Positions 50,744-60,480 of a DNA stretch of 64,000 nt are shown here, in pieces. The stretch comes from a virus, in the IMG/VR virus record IMGVR_UViG_3300032047_000003, positions 47,568-111,567 of that record. The stretch is one strand, 5' to 3'. Under the pieces are notes generated by a model. That model ran no database searches. It worked only from the letters and a program-made list of their open reading frames with translations, and was not told the DNA's origin. The translations under genes were made by a program, and so were the position numbers. The number at the start of each line of letters is the position of its first letter. Position 1 is the stretch's first letter.

Positions 50744-51741
50744 TAAAATCTACTTCCTCGAGTACTATTAAAACCTCTTCTTTTGTTTTTTCTTCCACTT
50801 GAATGACTGTAACCCACCATAGCTCCAGTGAGACCAGCTCCACCTACTATCAAACCTCTGTTTCTGCTGCTAATTGAATTTTGTGCAATATCTTTATGCA
50901 TGTTGTAACCAGCGGCTGGTATTTGCCTTCGTTGGGTTGTCAAGGTCTCTGGATAGACGGAGGCAGTGTTTTCGAAATTTTGATAGCTCTCATTTGCTTT
51001 AAACTCAAAGTACTGGTCTTTGTTTCCCGGAATATCTAAATCATACGCATCGCCACTTTCTTTCCGTTTGTTTATGTAGGCATTAAATTCATCATTATTC
51101 ATAGCTCGAAAATCATCGCTTTCCGTTCCGCGCGCATAAATGACTTGCTCATCGGCCATCTTAGTATTTCCCTGTATTCCGTAATCGCTTTCAAGTTTTG
51201 CCATTCTGCTCACTTCAGACTCTGTCGGATTATCTTTACCCGCTAAAGTCGAGTACTCGTCCAATAATCGCGACTCTCTTTTTTCTGCACCTTCAGAAAG
51301 ACTGTTGAAAAATCGAGTCATCCCTCCACCTTCTTGACCTTCCAGTTTGGTAATCTGCTCGCTTATTTTTGCCATTTTTTCTGGATCATCAGCAGCAGCT
51401 GTAAGCTTAGTATTTAGTTTTTCAAGCCTTTCAGCTTTTTTAACAGCAGCCCCACTGTCCATGGTCCTGCCAATTGCAAGTCCAAAGTCGTTCAAGTAGC
51501 CGCCTCTGGTAGTTAGAGATCTTACAGCAGCACCACCTGCCAGCCCCATGGCACCACCCTTCATAACGGAGCCCAAAAAGTCTTCCTGGTCTCCCGCCAT
51601 CAAGTTCATCATCCCGCCAGCTGCAGCACCTAAAAAACCGCCACCGCCATACATTCCGGCTATCTTTCCTGCTTCTTGAGCTGTTTCTCCAGTAAGGCTT
51701 TGATGCATACTGTAGCCAGCGGTGCGCAATTTATTAATCAT
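50743..51741 (-). CDS. Gly-rich putative internal virion protein
   Basis: 332 aa; glycine-zipper-like GGGGFLGAAAGG, GGAMGLAGGAA and GLIVGGAGLTGAMVG; Arg-rich tail. Confidence 0.5.
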   Translation of the reverse strand: MINKLRTAGYSMHQSLTGETAQEAGKIAGMYGGGGFLGAAAGGMMNLMAGDQEDFLGSVMKGGAMGLAGGAAVRSLTTRGGYLNDFGLAIGRTMDSGAAVKKAERLEKLNTKLTAAADDPEKMAKISEQITKLEGQEGGGMTRFFNSLSEGAEKRESRLLDEYSTLAGKDNPTESEVSRMAKLESDYGIQGNTKMADEQVIYARGTESDDFRAMNNDEFNAYINKRKESGDAYDLDIPGNKDQYFEFKANESYQNFENTASVYPETLTTQRRQIPAAGYNMHKDIAQNSISSRNRGLIVGGAGLTGAMVGYSHSSGRKNKRRGFNSTRGSRF

Positions 51742-51744
51742 AGC

Positions 51745-51924
51745 TTACCCCTCGGATTTTTTCACATAGGTCTTCTTGGATTTACTCTTTGCAGACGATT
51801 TTGCTTTCTTTAGCGCTTCAATTTCTTTTTCAAGCTTTAGGTTTTTTTCTTTTTCAAGTTGCAGTTGCAACTCTATTGTCTTTATTTTTGATTGCAGTTG
51901 CAATAAAAGTTTTTCTGATCTCAT
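51745..51924 (-). CDS. Small coiled-coil protein with a Lys/Ser-rich tail, 59 aa (MRSEKLLLQLQSKIK...)
   Basis: Below the ORF track cutoff. AGGAG RBS, ATG 51924, TAA 51745; fills the gap after the terminase. Confidence 0.7.
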   Translation of the reverse strand: MRSEKLLLQLQSKIKTIELQLQLEKEKNLKLEKEIEALKKAKSSAKSKSKKTYVKKSEG

Positions 51925-51933
51925 TTCAATCTC

Positions 51934-54126
51934 CTATTTCCATGATCTTTTTTTTCTTTTTCTCCCCGGAGCAAATCTCCCAGGACTAGACGTTGGTCTA
52001 AAATTATTGTTTTTATTCTCTATAGATTCTAGTATACTAGATCTTTCTTCATATTTAAAGCTATTGCCTCTATTTTTTCTTTCGAATGTTTCAGGATATT
52101 CCCAGACTCCTTGCCCATAGTATTTTTGCTTTATATTAAAATCTTCTTCTTCTGAACCAGACCCTCTCATTATTTTCAAAACATTAAATGCAGAAGGCAC
52201 TCTTGCATTTTTTAAACTTTGGCTTATTTTTCCTGCTTCTTCCCCTGGACTTACATAACCCATTTCAGACTCATCGTCTCTATATATCATTCCGGGTATT
52301 GAAAAATCCCCGTTTTTTGTATTCGAATAAACAGAAACTTCTAAGCTCAAACCTCCTAGTGCCAATAATAGCGCGTCTAGCCGATGATCGCCAATATATT
52401 TATTGTCCATTCCGTAAACTGGCTTTCCGTTCTGAGGATTTCTTTTTACTACTACATAGTTCTGCAATTGCTTAAAAAGTCTTTTGTCTGAAGAGGGAAA
52501 GAAAAACTCTCCACTCTCAAGAACCCTAATAGCGTTTTCTACTAAAAAGTATTTCCCTATTTTACTTGTCCGCTCACCGCTTAAAGGGTCTGCCAATTCT
52601 ATCTTTTTTGAAAAATTAAAAGACACTAATCTGTCTCCCAATAAAATAGTCTGCGCATCTTCTCGCGTTTTATCTTGTTTTCCGCGCAGTCTATTGGAAT
52701 GTAATTTAAGGTCTTCGATTATCGTATGACCATATCCTTCATCTGCGTAAATATAATCAGGTTTCCATTTGTAATTCAATCTAATCACTTCTTTCATCCA
52801 CCTTTGAGCAGAATAATCAGAAGCAGGAACATTTATTGCGTCCAAAGCAAACCAAAAGCCTTTGGTATGTGAGTATGCTACAATATAGAACTCAGTTCCA
52901 GCATTCTTGTTCCAGTCAATACCAATGCAAATGCTCAAGTCTTCTCTCGTTGTTCCAAATTTTTGAAAAACGCCATGCATGTCGTACTCGTATTCTCTTT
53001 TAGCAGCTGATATCCACGAAGGTTTAAATACGCCATAAGAGCCTTCTATAAATTCCGCCATATACTCCGCTCTAAAACCCTCCTTGGTGTTTTCTTTTAA
53101 AAGTTCTTCTTTGATATCATCCCAGTGCGGAAGTACTGAAGAAGGATAGTAGTCTTCTTTGAAATCCTCTCTCTCTAAACACCATTGGTAAAACTTACCT
53201 CTTTTCCCAATTGGGGTAGACGTTGCAATTAACATTACGCCGGGCTTAGTTAAAAGAATTGGTGTAACAACTTTGTCTAATATGTCCTCCGGAATCATAT
53301 CCATTTCGTCCATATATATAATGTCTGCGGATTGTCCACGCATAGTACCCCCGCCAGAACCATCTTGCTTCACCCCTAAACCAGAAACAAAACCCTTCAC
53401 AGAAGCGCCATTCTTTAGCTCCATCTTATACATTGGCGTTTTTACGTACAAGCTATCTCCTGTTCCTGTTTCAACTTGCATAGCAAGCTCTGGATTCCTT
53501 TTAATCAAGGCTTCCATTTCGTCAAATATATTTGTCAACTGAGCTTGATAAGGCGTAACTATCATTATCGCTGGCCCTTCTAAAATTTCTTGACCACTAG
53601 AATTAAACCCTTTGCTTACGACATGATTGTACAGCAAGTATACAAGTTTAAGCCCTATAGCAAAAGTTTTTCCAGATCTACGGCCTTCTCTTATTACTGC
53701 TCTTTTTGCAGTGCACCTTAACTGTTCTTTTTGATAGTCTCTAATGCACCATTCCTCGCTTTTATCGGAAAAGCCAAACATTAACTCAGCCCAAGATACA
53801 GGGTCTATAGTAGAAAGCATTAACTTTTTTGCACGATCGTAAGGTATATCTGAGTTCTTAGATATTTCCTTTATTTTAGTAGCAGAGCCCTTAGGCAACC
53901 CTTTAGGAATGAAAGAGCACTTGACTTTAAATTCACCTTCTCCTTCTGAGTCTTTATATTTCTCTATTTGTCTAATTTGACAGTTTATACAACTCCTATG
54001 TACATCCGTTCGAATGCCATACTCTTCTTTGTAATATTGAACTGTTTCTTCTTTAAGTTTGGCCGCCGGATCTTGATGCACATAGCCATACTCATTCTCT
54101 CTATAAAGTTTCTTTATATCATCCAT
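51934..54126 (-). CDS. terL: Terminase large subunit
   Basis: Walker A GRRSGKT, Walker B IIYMDE, coupling motif ATSTP, nuclease motifs GIDWN, ADEGYG and DHRLDA. Confidence 0.93.
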   Translation of the reverse strand: MDDIKKLYRENEYGYVHQDPAAKLKEETVQYYKEEYGIRTDVHRSCINCQIRQIEKYKDSEGEGEFKVKCSFIPKGLPKGSATKIKEISKNSDIPYDRAKKLMLSTIDPVSWAELMFGFSDKSEEWCIRDYQKEQLRCTAKRAVIREGRRSGKTFAIGLKLVYLLYNHVVSKGFNSSGQEILEGPAIMIVTPYQAQLTNIFDEMEALIKRNPELAMQVETGTGDSLYVKTPMYKMELKNGASVKGFVSGLGVKQDGSGGGTMRGQSADIIYMDEMDMIPEDILDKVVTPILLTKPGVMLIATSTPIGKRGKFYQWCLEREDFKEDYYPSSVLPHWDDIKEELLKENTKEGFRAEYMAEFIEGSYGVFKPSWISAAKREYEYDMHGVFQKFGTTREDLSICIGIDWNKNAGTEFYIVAYSHTKGFWFALDAINVPASDYSAQRWMKEVIRLNYKWKPDYIYADEGYGHTIIEDLKLHSNRLRGKQDKTREDAQTILLGDRLVSFNFSKKIELADPLSGERTSKIGKYFLVENAIRVLESGEFFFPSSDKRLFKQLQNYVVVKRNPQNGKPVYGMDNKYIGDHRLDALLLALGGLSLEVSVYSNTKNGDFSIPGMIYRDDESEMGYVSPGEEAGKISQSLKNARVPSAFNVLKIMRGSGSEEEDFNIKQKYYGQGVWEYPETFERKNRGNSFKYEERSSILESIENKNNNFRPTSSPGRFAPGRKRKKRSWK

Positions 54127-55136
54127 TAAAAGTATCCTCTTCTAGTCATTGCCATTGAAGCTTCCATTCCTAAAGCGCTTCTAGCGTTTAAATGAGAGTT
54201 TCTCATTGCCATTACGCTTCTCTGTCTCATGGTGTTGGCGTTTCTTGTAAAAAAAGCTGCAGTGTCACCTGCAGTATCAATTCGCCTAGACATTACTCTT
54301 CTTTGGTAGCCTTTTTGAACCATCTGAGTTCCTGAAGAAATTACCCTTGAGCCGACGTTGGCTACTGCCGCTATTGCTGCTACTCCACCAAGCGCAATGG
54401 TATTCCCAATAACTCCTCCTGCCTTAGCTCCCAGAAACGCACCCGCAAAAGCTCCAGGAGTTCCACCGATGGCCTGTCCAAGGCTTGCACCGATACCAGC
54501 TCTTAAACCACCTCCAATCATAGAGCCAAAACCCTTCATTGAAGTTCTAGTAAAAGCATGTTTTCCGCTAATTTTAGCACCTTCTTCAAGTCCGCTTCCA
54601 GCTCTAATCATCTTCCTTTGAGTTTCAGTCAAGCTGGCTGAGTTTACAATGATGTTTTTTTGAGTGACCATACTGTCCATAGTCGCAGACATTACTGCAG
54701 CATCGTAAACCAAAGCGTTCGCAGCACCACTTATTCCGTCTTCTTGGTATCCTTGATAAGCAAAATATCCACTCAAACCAATTCCAAGCAAACTCATACC
54801 AGAGCCAAGAAGAGCACCTGCTGGATTCTTTCCAGCTATTCCTAAAGATTCAATTCCAGATGTAATCCCAAATTTACCCCCTTGAGAAATCCTAGCAGAT
54901 TGGCTTCCAAATGTGGAGAAATTAGTACCTCGAATTTTTCCACTATTTACCATGTTCTCGGTAAGTGATTGCCCCGCATACCTACTGACCTTTAGTTCTT
55001 TTCCAACTTGTCCTAAGTAAACATCGCCTGCGTCTGGATTCGCCCCTAGCATTAAAGAGACACCACTCCTTAAGTAGTCTGGACTAGAAGCACTAATTCC
55101 TTTAAATGTAGCTATTGTAGCTAAAAAATCAAACAT
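54126..55136 (-). CDS. Gly/Ala-rich putative internal virion or membrane-active protein
   Basis: 336 aa; GxxxG runs (GASLGQAIGGTPGAFAGAFLGAKAGG); basic C-terminus ANTMRQRSVMAMRNSHLNARSALGMEA. Confidence 0.5.
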   Translation of the reverse strand: MFDFLATIATFKGISASSPDYLRSGVSLMLGANPDAGDVYLGQVGKELKVSRYAGQSLTENMVNSGKIRGTNFSTFGSQSARISQGGKFGITSGIESLGIAGKNPAGALLGSGMSLLGIGLSGYFAYQGYQEDGISGAANALVYDAAVMSATMDSMVTQKNIIVNSASLTETQRKMIRAGSGLEEGAKISGKHAFTRTSMKGFGSMIGGGLRAGIGASLGQAIGGTPGAFAGAFLGAKAGGVIGNTIALGGVAAIAAVANVGSRVISSGTQMVQKGYQRRVMSRRIDTAGDTAAFFTRNANTMRQRSVMAMRNSHLNARSALGMEASMAMTRRGYF

Positions 55137-55138
55137 AA

Positions 55139-58100
55139 TTACATCCTATGGTGTCCAATTGGACCAGATCTCATTCTTCTTAAAGCGTCTTTTTGGCCTC
55201 TAGCCATGTTTTGCCTTCTTCTGAACTTTATATTTTTTTCTACCCCGTATGTTTCCATAGCATGGTACTTTCTTTTACTGTAGATGCTGTTAGTCCCGCC
55301 AGTAGAATCTATAGCCATCGACTTGTTCAACTTAGAGACTTGCTTTATCTTTAACTTATTCTTTAATCTTCCGCCCTTGCTTTCCATCATTCTAGCCATA
55401 TCGCTTAACATTTCCAATTGATAAGATTTATGAGGTGCTGTTTTAGCTCCGAAGTATATAGGGCTTTTGTAATCAGGACTTAGTCCTTTTTCTCTTATGT
55501 CAGATCCAATAGAAGCCGCTTCCATAGCCATAGCCGAGTTATACATTCCTGCTTGATCAGCGTAATTCATTAAAGAATAAAGATTCATTAAATTTGCATT
55601 TTTTGAAACTTTTTCCGTATTGACCAAAGTGTTAAATGTTATAGTCTTTCCACTTCTTTTAACCACGTCGCTATACGCTTGAAAATAAGGGTTACCCCAC
55701 ATTGCATGATTGTTGCCTTGCGCAAGTTTCGATGCAGAATTAAAGACTTGCATGTCGTAACTTTGCTCAACGCCCTTGCCTCTAAAAGGCAAATAGGAAA
55801 CGTAACCTCTTCTAAGTAATTCTAAAGATAGGTTTTTGTCATCCGCAATAATATGTCCAACTTGACGCCCGTAAGTTACATTGTTCCTGTCAACATAAAC
55901 TGAAACGTTTCTAGAGCTATTCAGCATAGCCTGCAATGCGCTCTTGGCTTCCATTGCAAAGGGTTGAGCTTTTCTATCGCCGTGTGCGGTTTCTGGAGCA
56001 TCAATACCAGCCAAACGTATAGATATCGGCTTTTCGTTCATCCCAAAAAAAGATGTTAATCCGTTTTGAGGCCCTCTTCTCTTTAAAACTATTGTATCGG
56101 CATCGCTAACTTCTATTCTGTATTTTTCTAAATTTAATTTTACGAGATTAGCGTCCCTTCTTATGCCAGCAAGAGAAAAGTTTCCTTCAACTCCCGCTCC
56201 TAAGTTGTAGTTGTCGTAAGCTCCTCCAGAAGTCGCAATGGTGTTCATTAAAGAACCAAGTCTAATTTTAGAAAAAAGCCGTCCTATATTTCCTTCTTCA
56301 GTATAGTGCCGTATTCCAAACTGCATCCTTAAATAGTTCTCTCTATCTTTTAAAAGTTTTTGTTGTTCGAATACCGTAAAGGAATACTCTGGCCCTTGGT
56401 AAGGTGAACCGAAATCAGTCATTACCTTACGCATCATAGAAAGAATACCGTTGTGTCCCATTCCGTCGGATCTACGCTCGTCACTCATTCCATAGAAATC
56501 CTTTTGAGTGCTAAGCCATTTCTGGTAGTTCATCGTTCTTAAGGTTTGAATGCCTTCTTTTTGACCGGCCATCCCATCTGAAAAATTATTCAAAAACGCT
56601 CCAGCTGCTCCAACTAAAGCCATTCCGCCTAATACTTTCCCTCCCATTCTTGCCATAGCTTTGTCTTTAAAAGTAAAAGTTTTGTGCAAACCTCTTATGG
56701 AGTCTTCTTGACTGAAGTTTACTTTTCCGGCTTCTCCTAGCACTCTGTCATATCTTAAATCGGTCACAGAATCAAAAACTTCTAAAACTCCACCTTCTAC
56801 TACTCTTTTGACGGTAGGTGAAGGCTGTGCAGCTGTTACTTTTGGAGGCTCTACTGTTGGAACTGGTTGCGATACAGGAGGGGGAGGAGGCGTAGCATTT
56901 TTTGCTTGATGTAAAATCTCTTGCTGCCTAACAACAGTCTGAACTTCTTCTTCAGTTAGACCAGCAACTTTTCCCATGATTTCATTTGTTCGATGAGAAA
57001 GCTGCATCTGGTAAGCAGACATATTGTCGACATCTAAATTGCCCGGTCCCGTTATACCAGCTATTGAGGTATCGGACGATGCAGAAACAAGACCTGCTTG
57101 ATCCATCTTTCTAAAAACATCATTTACGTAGTTCCTCAAAAGCTCTGCATCTGAAAGCTCCTCCGCGGCTTCTTTTCTAAGGGCGGACAAGATCGGAGCG
57201 TAATTTGGGTCGATTGCTTTGCTGTGCCTATCGATATCTCCAAAGATATGCGTAACTACATCTGCCAAGCTACTTAGCTTTACTTTGCCTTTGGTTTGAT
57301 CAAGATATGACGTTTTTACTTTCTTGATTTCAAAATCTGAAAACCTTCCTTGGTCGTCAAAAATAGGCACTAATCTTTCTTTCGTACCCATCTTTCTTAC
57401 GCCGGTAGTTTGTATCGTAAAACCATGACGATTGATATCTTCTGCAGCTGAAAGAAGTCTCTTTTCAAACTGCATTTTTTGAATTTCCGGAGCAGTCCTA
57501 TTGTAAAGATAGTGGAATATTTTTGCTTCCCTAGCCTGCGCACCTCTAACGGTATGATCGTATAAAGCCTTCATGTTTTTCTTATGAACTAAATTGTCTT
57601 CATAAAAAGAAGAAAAGCCATAAGATTTTTTAAGAACATAATCTTCTACAGGTGTATCTTCTATTGCCCTGTGGGTTTCTGATTCAAATAAAGCCTTTAT
57701 TATTTTATCTTGTTTAAATAAATCGCTTTCATCTGCAGCGAGGTTTGCTCCTACTTCTGCAGCTCTATACAGGCGGTAAGCAACGTCAACAGATAGTGTT
57801 AGGGGTTTTTTTACTTCCGTTGAAGTTGGACCCATTCCGATCAAATAAGACTGGTGGGCTTTTACGATGTCAAGTATATCTCCTACGTCTCCACCACGCA
57901 TATAGTCTCGATACGCCCTAAATACCGATCGAAAAGTAAAGCCTTTGAAGCCAACCATCGCTTTTGCTTTTGCTTCTGAAATCTGCGGATTTGAAACAGT
58001 AAACATATCTGCAGTGTAAGGGGATGTACCACCTACGACTATCTCTCTCATTCCAGCAAATCTCCCCTCTTTTACTCCTGCTTGAATTTGATCGATAAAC

Positions 58101-59401
58101 TCTCTTTTAGTTATGTCGCCCGCGCGGTATTTTGAATATAAACTCTTACTGAAAGCTCCTTGATCCGTAAATTGTGCTTCTAGCGCCATAGCATGAGAAC
58201 CAAATATCTTAGATTCAAAGTTTGCATTTGCAATCCATATAGCCTTGCCTCTCATTATTTCAGTAAAGCTGATTGCGCCTGATGTTACTTCTGCAGTTTT
58301 TCTTTCTAGCTGCGTCATTGTGATCGATTGACCAGTAATTAGCTCTTGCAAAGATACGTTTTCCGCTACAGCAAGTTTTTCTAAATTTGAAAGAAGTGGA
58401 CTTGCCATTTTTTCTTGTATCGTTCTGCCTTCGATCGATTGGTCAAATATTTTAGCCAGGTAAGGGTAGGCTAAAAACGCTTCGTCTAAAGATTTTACAG
58501 CGGCTTGAGCTAAGTCTCTTGTTCCGTCTTTTCTATATCCTAAAGGTTTCATTACTTTTTCGAAGAAAAAGCTATCGCCTCTTGCTACTTTTTGAAGAAG
58601 CTTTGTTTTTCTGGCTTCAGGAATGTCTTCTCTTGTAAGTACTTTTCCTATACCGCCTTCGTCTACCATTTCCTCTATTGCTTGCAGCGCTCTAACCCTT
58701 GCTTTTTCAATTTCTTGTTTCTTTTCATTTGCGCTAACACCTGAACCTAAGCTTTCAATCCTGTCTAGTTCCGCCGTGTAAATAGCTTTGGCAACAATTG
58801 TATCACCCCAACTTATGGCTCTTCCTTTACCACCGTCTGCATTCTGATATACCTTCATCAAAGTGGTAATGTTTTTAGCTTTGGTTTCATTTTGGCGAAT
58901 AGAGCTTGCTGCCACTTTTGCAGCACCAAATATTTTTAAATTATTCGAATCAACAATACCTTTTGCTGCTTTTTTAATTTGTCTTGCCATTTTAGAAGGG
59001 CTGTTGCTACCAATAGCGTCGCTATAGCCAACGCCTCTTTCCATTTCGGAAACAATTCTTTGAATACCAGCATCTTTCTCCGAAAGCTGTTTTAGTATAT
59101 CAAGCCGCTTAATATCTTCTGGGCCCAATTGAGCGCTTTGCGCCTCGCCGCTGGTAAGTCCTGACTCAAAACCGATCCTAAAAAAATCAGCCATATAGTC
59201 TTTCCCGGAAGTAGTCATCCTTTTAGAATCTACTCCAGGCGTATACCCCAGCTTTACCGCGTAATTCGGTTCTATTAAAAACTGGTATCCAGAACGACTA
59301 TGAACATCGTACAAGGCGACTTCGTGCACAGGGGACCCAACCCCAATGCCTATTGTTTCCGTATCCAAAATAACGGCGTTTTTTATTGGATCAAATTTCA
59401 T
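55139..59401 (-). CDS. Large dual nuclease: split DEDDh 3'-5' exonuclease plus SNase (thermonuclease) domain
   Basis: 1420 aa. ILDTETIG (ExoI), IANANFE (~res 391, ExoII-like), HRAIED (~res 577, ExoIII). SNase motifs DADT, IRLAGIDAPE, QPFAMEA, TYGR and LLRRGY (~res 1095-1245). Confidence 0.72.
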   Translation of the reverse strand: MKFDPIKNAVILDTETIGIGVGSPVHEVALYDVHSRSGYQFLIEPNYAVKLGYTPGVDSKRMTTSGKDYMADFFRIGFESGLTSGEAQSAQLGPEDIKRLDILKQLSEKDAGIQRIVSEMERGVGYSDAIGSNSPSKMARQIKKAAKGIVDSNNLKIFGAAKVAASSIRQNETKAKNITTLMKVYQNADGGKGRAISWGDTIVAKAIYTAELDRIESLGSGVSANEKKQEIEKARVRALQAIEEMVDEGGIGKVLTREDIPEARKTKLLQKVARGDSFFFEKVMKPLGYRKDGTRDLAQAAVKSLDEAFLAYPYLAKIFDQSIEGRTIQEKMASPLLSNLEKLAVAENVSLQELITGQSITMTQLERKTAEVTSGAISFTEIMRGKAIWIANANFESKIFGSHAMALEAQFTDQGAFSKSLYSKYRAGDITKREFIDQIQAGVKEGRFAGMREIVVGGTSPYTADMFTVSNPQISEAKAKAMVGFKGFTFRSVFRAYRDYMRGGDVGDILDIVKAHQSYLIGMGPTSTEVKKPLTLSVDVAYRLYRAAEVGANLAADESDLFKQDKIIKALFESETHRAIEDTPVEDYVLKKSYGFSSFYEDNLVHKKNMKALYDHTVRGAQAREAKIFHYLYNRTAPEIQKMQFEKRLLSAAEDINRHGFTIQTTGVRKMGTKERLVPIFDDQGRFSDFEIKKVKTSYLDQTKGKVKLSSLADVVTHIFGDIDRHSKAIDPNYAPILSALRKEAAEELSDAELLRNYVNDVFRKMDQAGLVSASSDTSIAGITGPGNLDVDNMSAYQMQLSHRTNEIMGKVAGLTEEEVQTVVRQQEILHQAKNATPPPPPVSQPVPTVEPPKVTAAQPSPTVKRVVEGGVLEVFDSVTDLRYDRVLGEAGKVNFSQEDSIRGLHKTFTFKDKAMARMGGKVLGGMALVGAAGAFLNNFSDGMAGQKEGIQTLRTMNYQKWLSTQKDFYGMSDERRSDGMGHNGILSMMRKVMTDFGSPYQGPEYSFTVFEQQKLLKDRENYLRMQFGIRHYTEEGNIGRLFSKIRLGSLMNTIATSGGAYDNYNLGAGVEGNFSLAGIRRDANLVKLNLEKYRIEVSDADTIVLKRRGPQNGLTSFFGMNEKPISIRLAGIDAPETAHGDRKAQPFAMEAKSALQAMLNSSRNVSVYVDRNNVTYGRQVGHIIADDKNLSLELLRRGYVSYLPFRGKGVEQSYDMQVFNSASKLAQGNNHAMWGNPYFQAYSDVVKRSGKTITFNTLVNTEKVSKNANLMNLYSLMNYADQAGMYNSAMAMEAASIGSDIREKGLSPDYKSPIYFGAKTAPHKSYQLEMLSDMARMMESKGGRLKNKLKIKQVSKLNKSMAIDSTGGTNSIYSKRKYHAMETYGVEKNIKFRRRQNMARGQKDALRRMRSGPIGHHRM

Positions 59402-59422
59402 CTATAGCTCTCTAACTAGTAT

Positions 59423-60187
59423 TCAGTCGTCTAGCAATATGTCTTCATCGTCTATGTCGCCTTCCGCTTCTATAGATTTCAAAGTTTCCCTTAGCTTTTT
59501 TAACTCGCTTAAAATTTTAGACTCTTCTTTAGCATTTCCCACCTTTAGCATCCACTCTGCTTTTCTTTGCCTGGTTTCCATTAGCTGATCTAAATACTTT
59601 TGCCTTCTTTTTTCTAGCTTATCCATAAACTCTACTGCTGGGTGAAGCTTTGCCTGCTCTGCCGTATCTCCATTCTCATTGAAGCCCATAATATCGATCC
59701 TCATAAAGTCGCGTCCTTGACCGGATCTATCGCCAACTGACATTATCATCATTGCGCGATTTTTGTAAAGGTCTATCAACGCTAATTCGTTAACAACGGA
59801 CATCTCGATCGGATCGTTAGGATCTACATTCAATCTCTCTAAGTACTGAATTGTCTTTTGCTGCATAAAAATTTTCTCTAGCAAGCACTCGTTCCCGATG
59901 GGGAACATTCTTGCATCTGGGAACACTAATTCTCCATTTTGTTCCCGCTCGGGAATAGGGCACTTGTCTATAAAAGGGCAACGCTCAGGACCGCCGCAAA
60001 CTATAGGAGCAATAGATTGGAAAGTGTTCTTGGTAGAATTCAAAGAATTTATCACTCTCCTTCTTATTCCATCAGGTAAACGTTTTATGTAAGCTTCATA
60101 ATCGTTGTCCACTTTCATCAACTCTTGTATTGCTTCATCTTTAGTTTGCAACTTATTGATCACTAATTCATTTTTTTTCTTCTTCAT
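59423..60187 (-). CDS. Probable terminase small subunit (Cys-cluster protein)
   Basis: 254 aa near the operon start; CGGPERCPFIDKCP...CLLE, helical core, and LHPAVEFMDKLEKRR...LMETRQRK, which resembles P27-type small terminase C-termini. Confidence 0.5.
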   Translation of the reverse strand: MKKKKNELVINKLQTKDEAIQELMKVDNDYEAYIKRLPDGIRRRVINSLNSTKNTFQSIAPIVCGGPERCPFIDKCPIPEREQNGELVFPDARMFPIGNECLLEKIFMQQKTIQYLERLNVDPNDPIEMSVVNELALIDLYKNRAMMIMSVGDRSGQGRDFMRIDIMGFNENGDTAEQAKLHPAVEFMDKLEKRRQKYLDQLMETRQRKAEWMLKVGNAKEESKILSELKKLRETLKSIEAEGDIDDEDILLDD

Positions 60188-60431
60188 CTAGCCTGCCTTC
60201 CATTTTAAGGATCATGGTTTTGATTTCATCAAGTTCTTGCCTTAATTTTAACATTTCTTTCTTTTCAAAAGTATTCCTTTTCATAACTTTTGCATAACTG
60301 CAATCATGTCCCCTAGGGGAAGAATCTACCATATGGTGGTATCCATACAAATCTCTAAATGACAGGCCAGCTGCTGTATTTCTTATAGCTTTTAAAGTCT
60401 TAGATAAATTGTAAAAATCTTCATTGTTCAT
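60168..60431 (-). CDS. Hypothetical protein, first gene of the structural operon
   Basis: 87 aa, AAGGAG RBS, C-terminal coiled coil. Confidence 0.65.
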   Translation of the reverse strand: MNNEDFYNLSKTLKAIRNTAAGLSFRDLYGYHHMVDSSPRGHDCSYAKVMKRNTFEKKEMLKLRQELDEIKTMILKMEGRLDEEEKK

Positions 60432-60451
60432 TAAGTGTCTCCTTCTGTAGA

Positions 60452-60480
60452 ATTATATCATATAATAACATCAATCTCAA
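60452..60480 (-). promoter_or_regulatory. Sigma70/SigA-type promoter with extended -10 driving the structural operon
   Basis: Minus strand TTGAGA, 17 nt spacer ending in TGA, then TATAAT, 20 nt upstream of the ATG at 60431. Confidence 0.8.

Noticed and set aside
51820-51905. Short direct repeats (TTGCAGTTGCAA twice)
   Set aside because: Explained by the LQLQ and LEKE repeats of the 59 aa coiled-coil protein.
51934-54126. Intein or intron in terL or the giant proteins
   Set aside because: No intein C/S...HN-[CST] junctions or LAGLIDADG/HNH motifs were noticed, and the terminase motif spacing is normal.
18-60092. Many 60-150 aa plus-strand ORFs, and short nested minus-strand ORFs, in the track
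   Set aside because: They are antisense or out-of-frame shadows of long, tightly packed minus-strand genes, with no convincing RBS or protein-like composition.
1-60431. Alternative genetic code (stop codon reassignment)
   Set aside because: ORFs up to 3991 aa are open in the standard code, and TAG (terL) and TGA (165 aa gene) act as normal stops at gene junctions.
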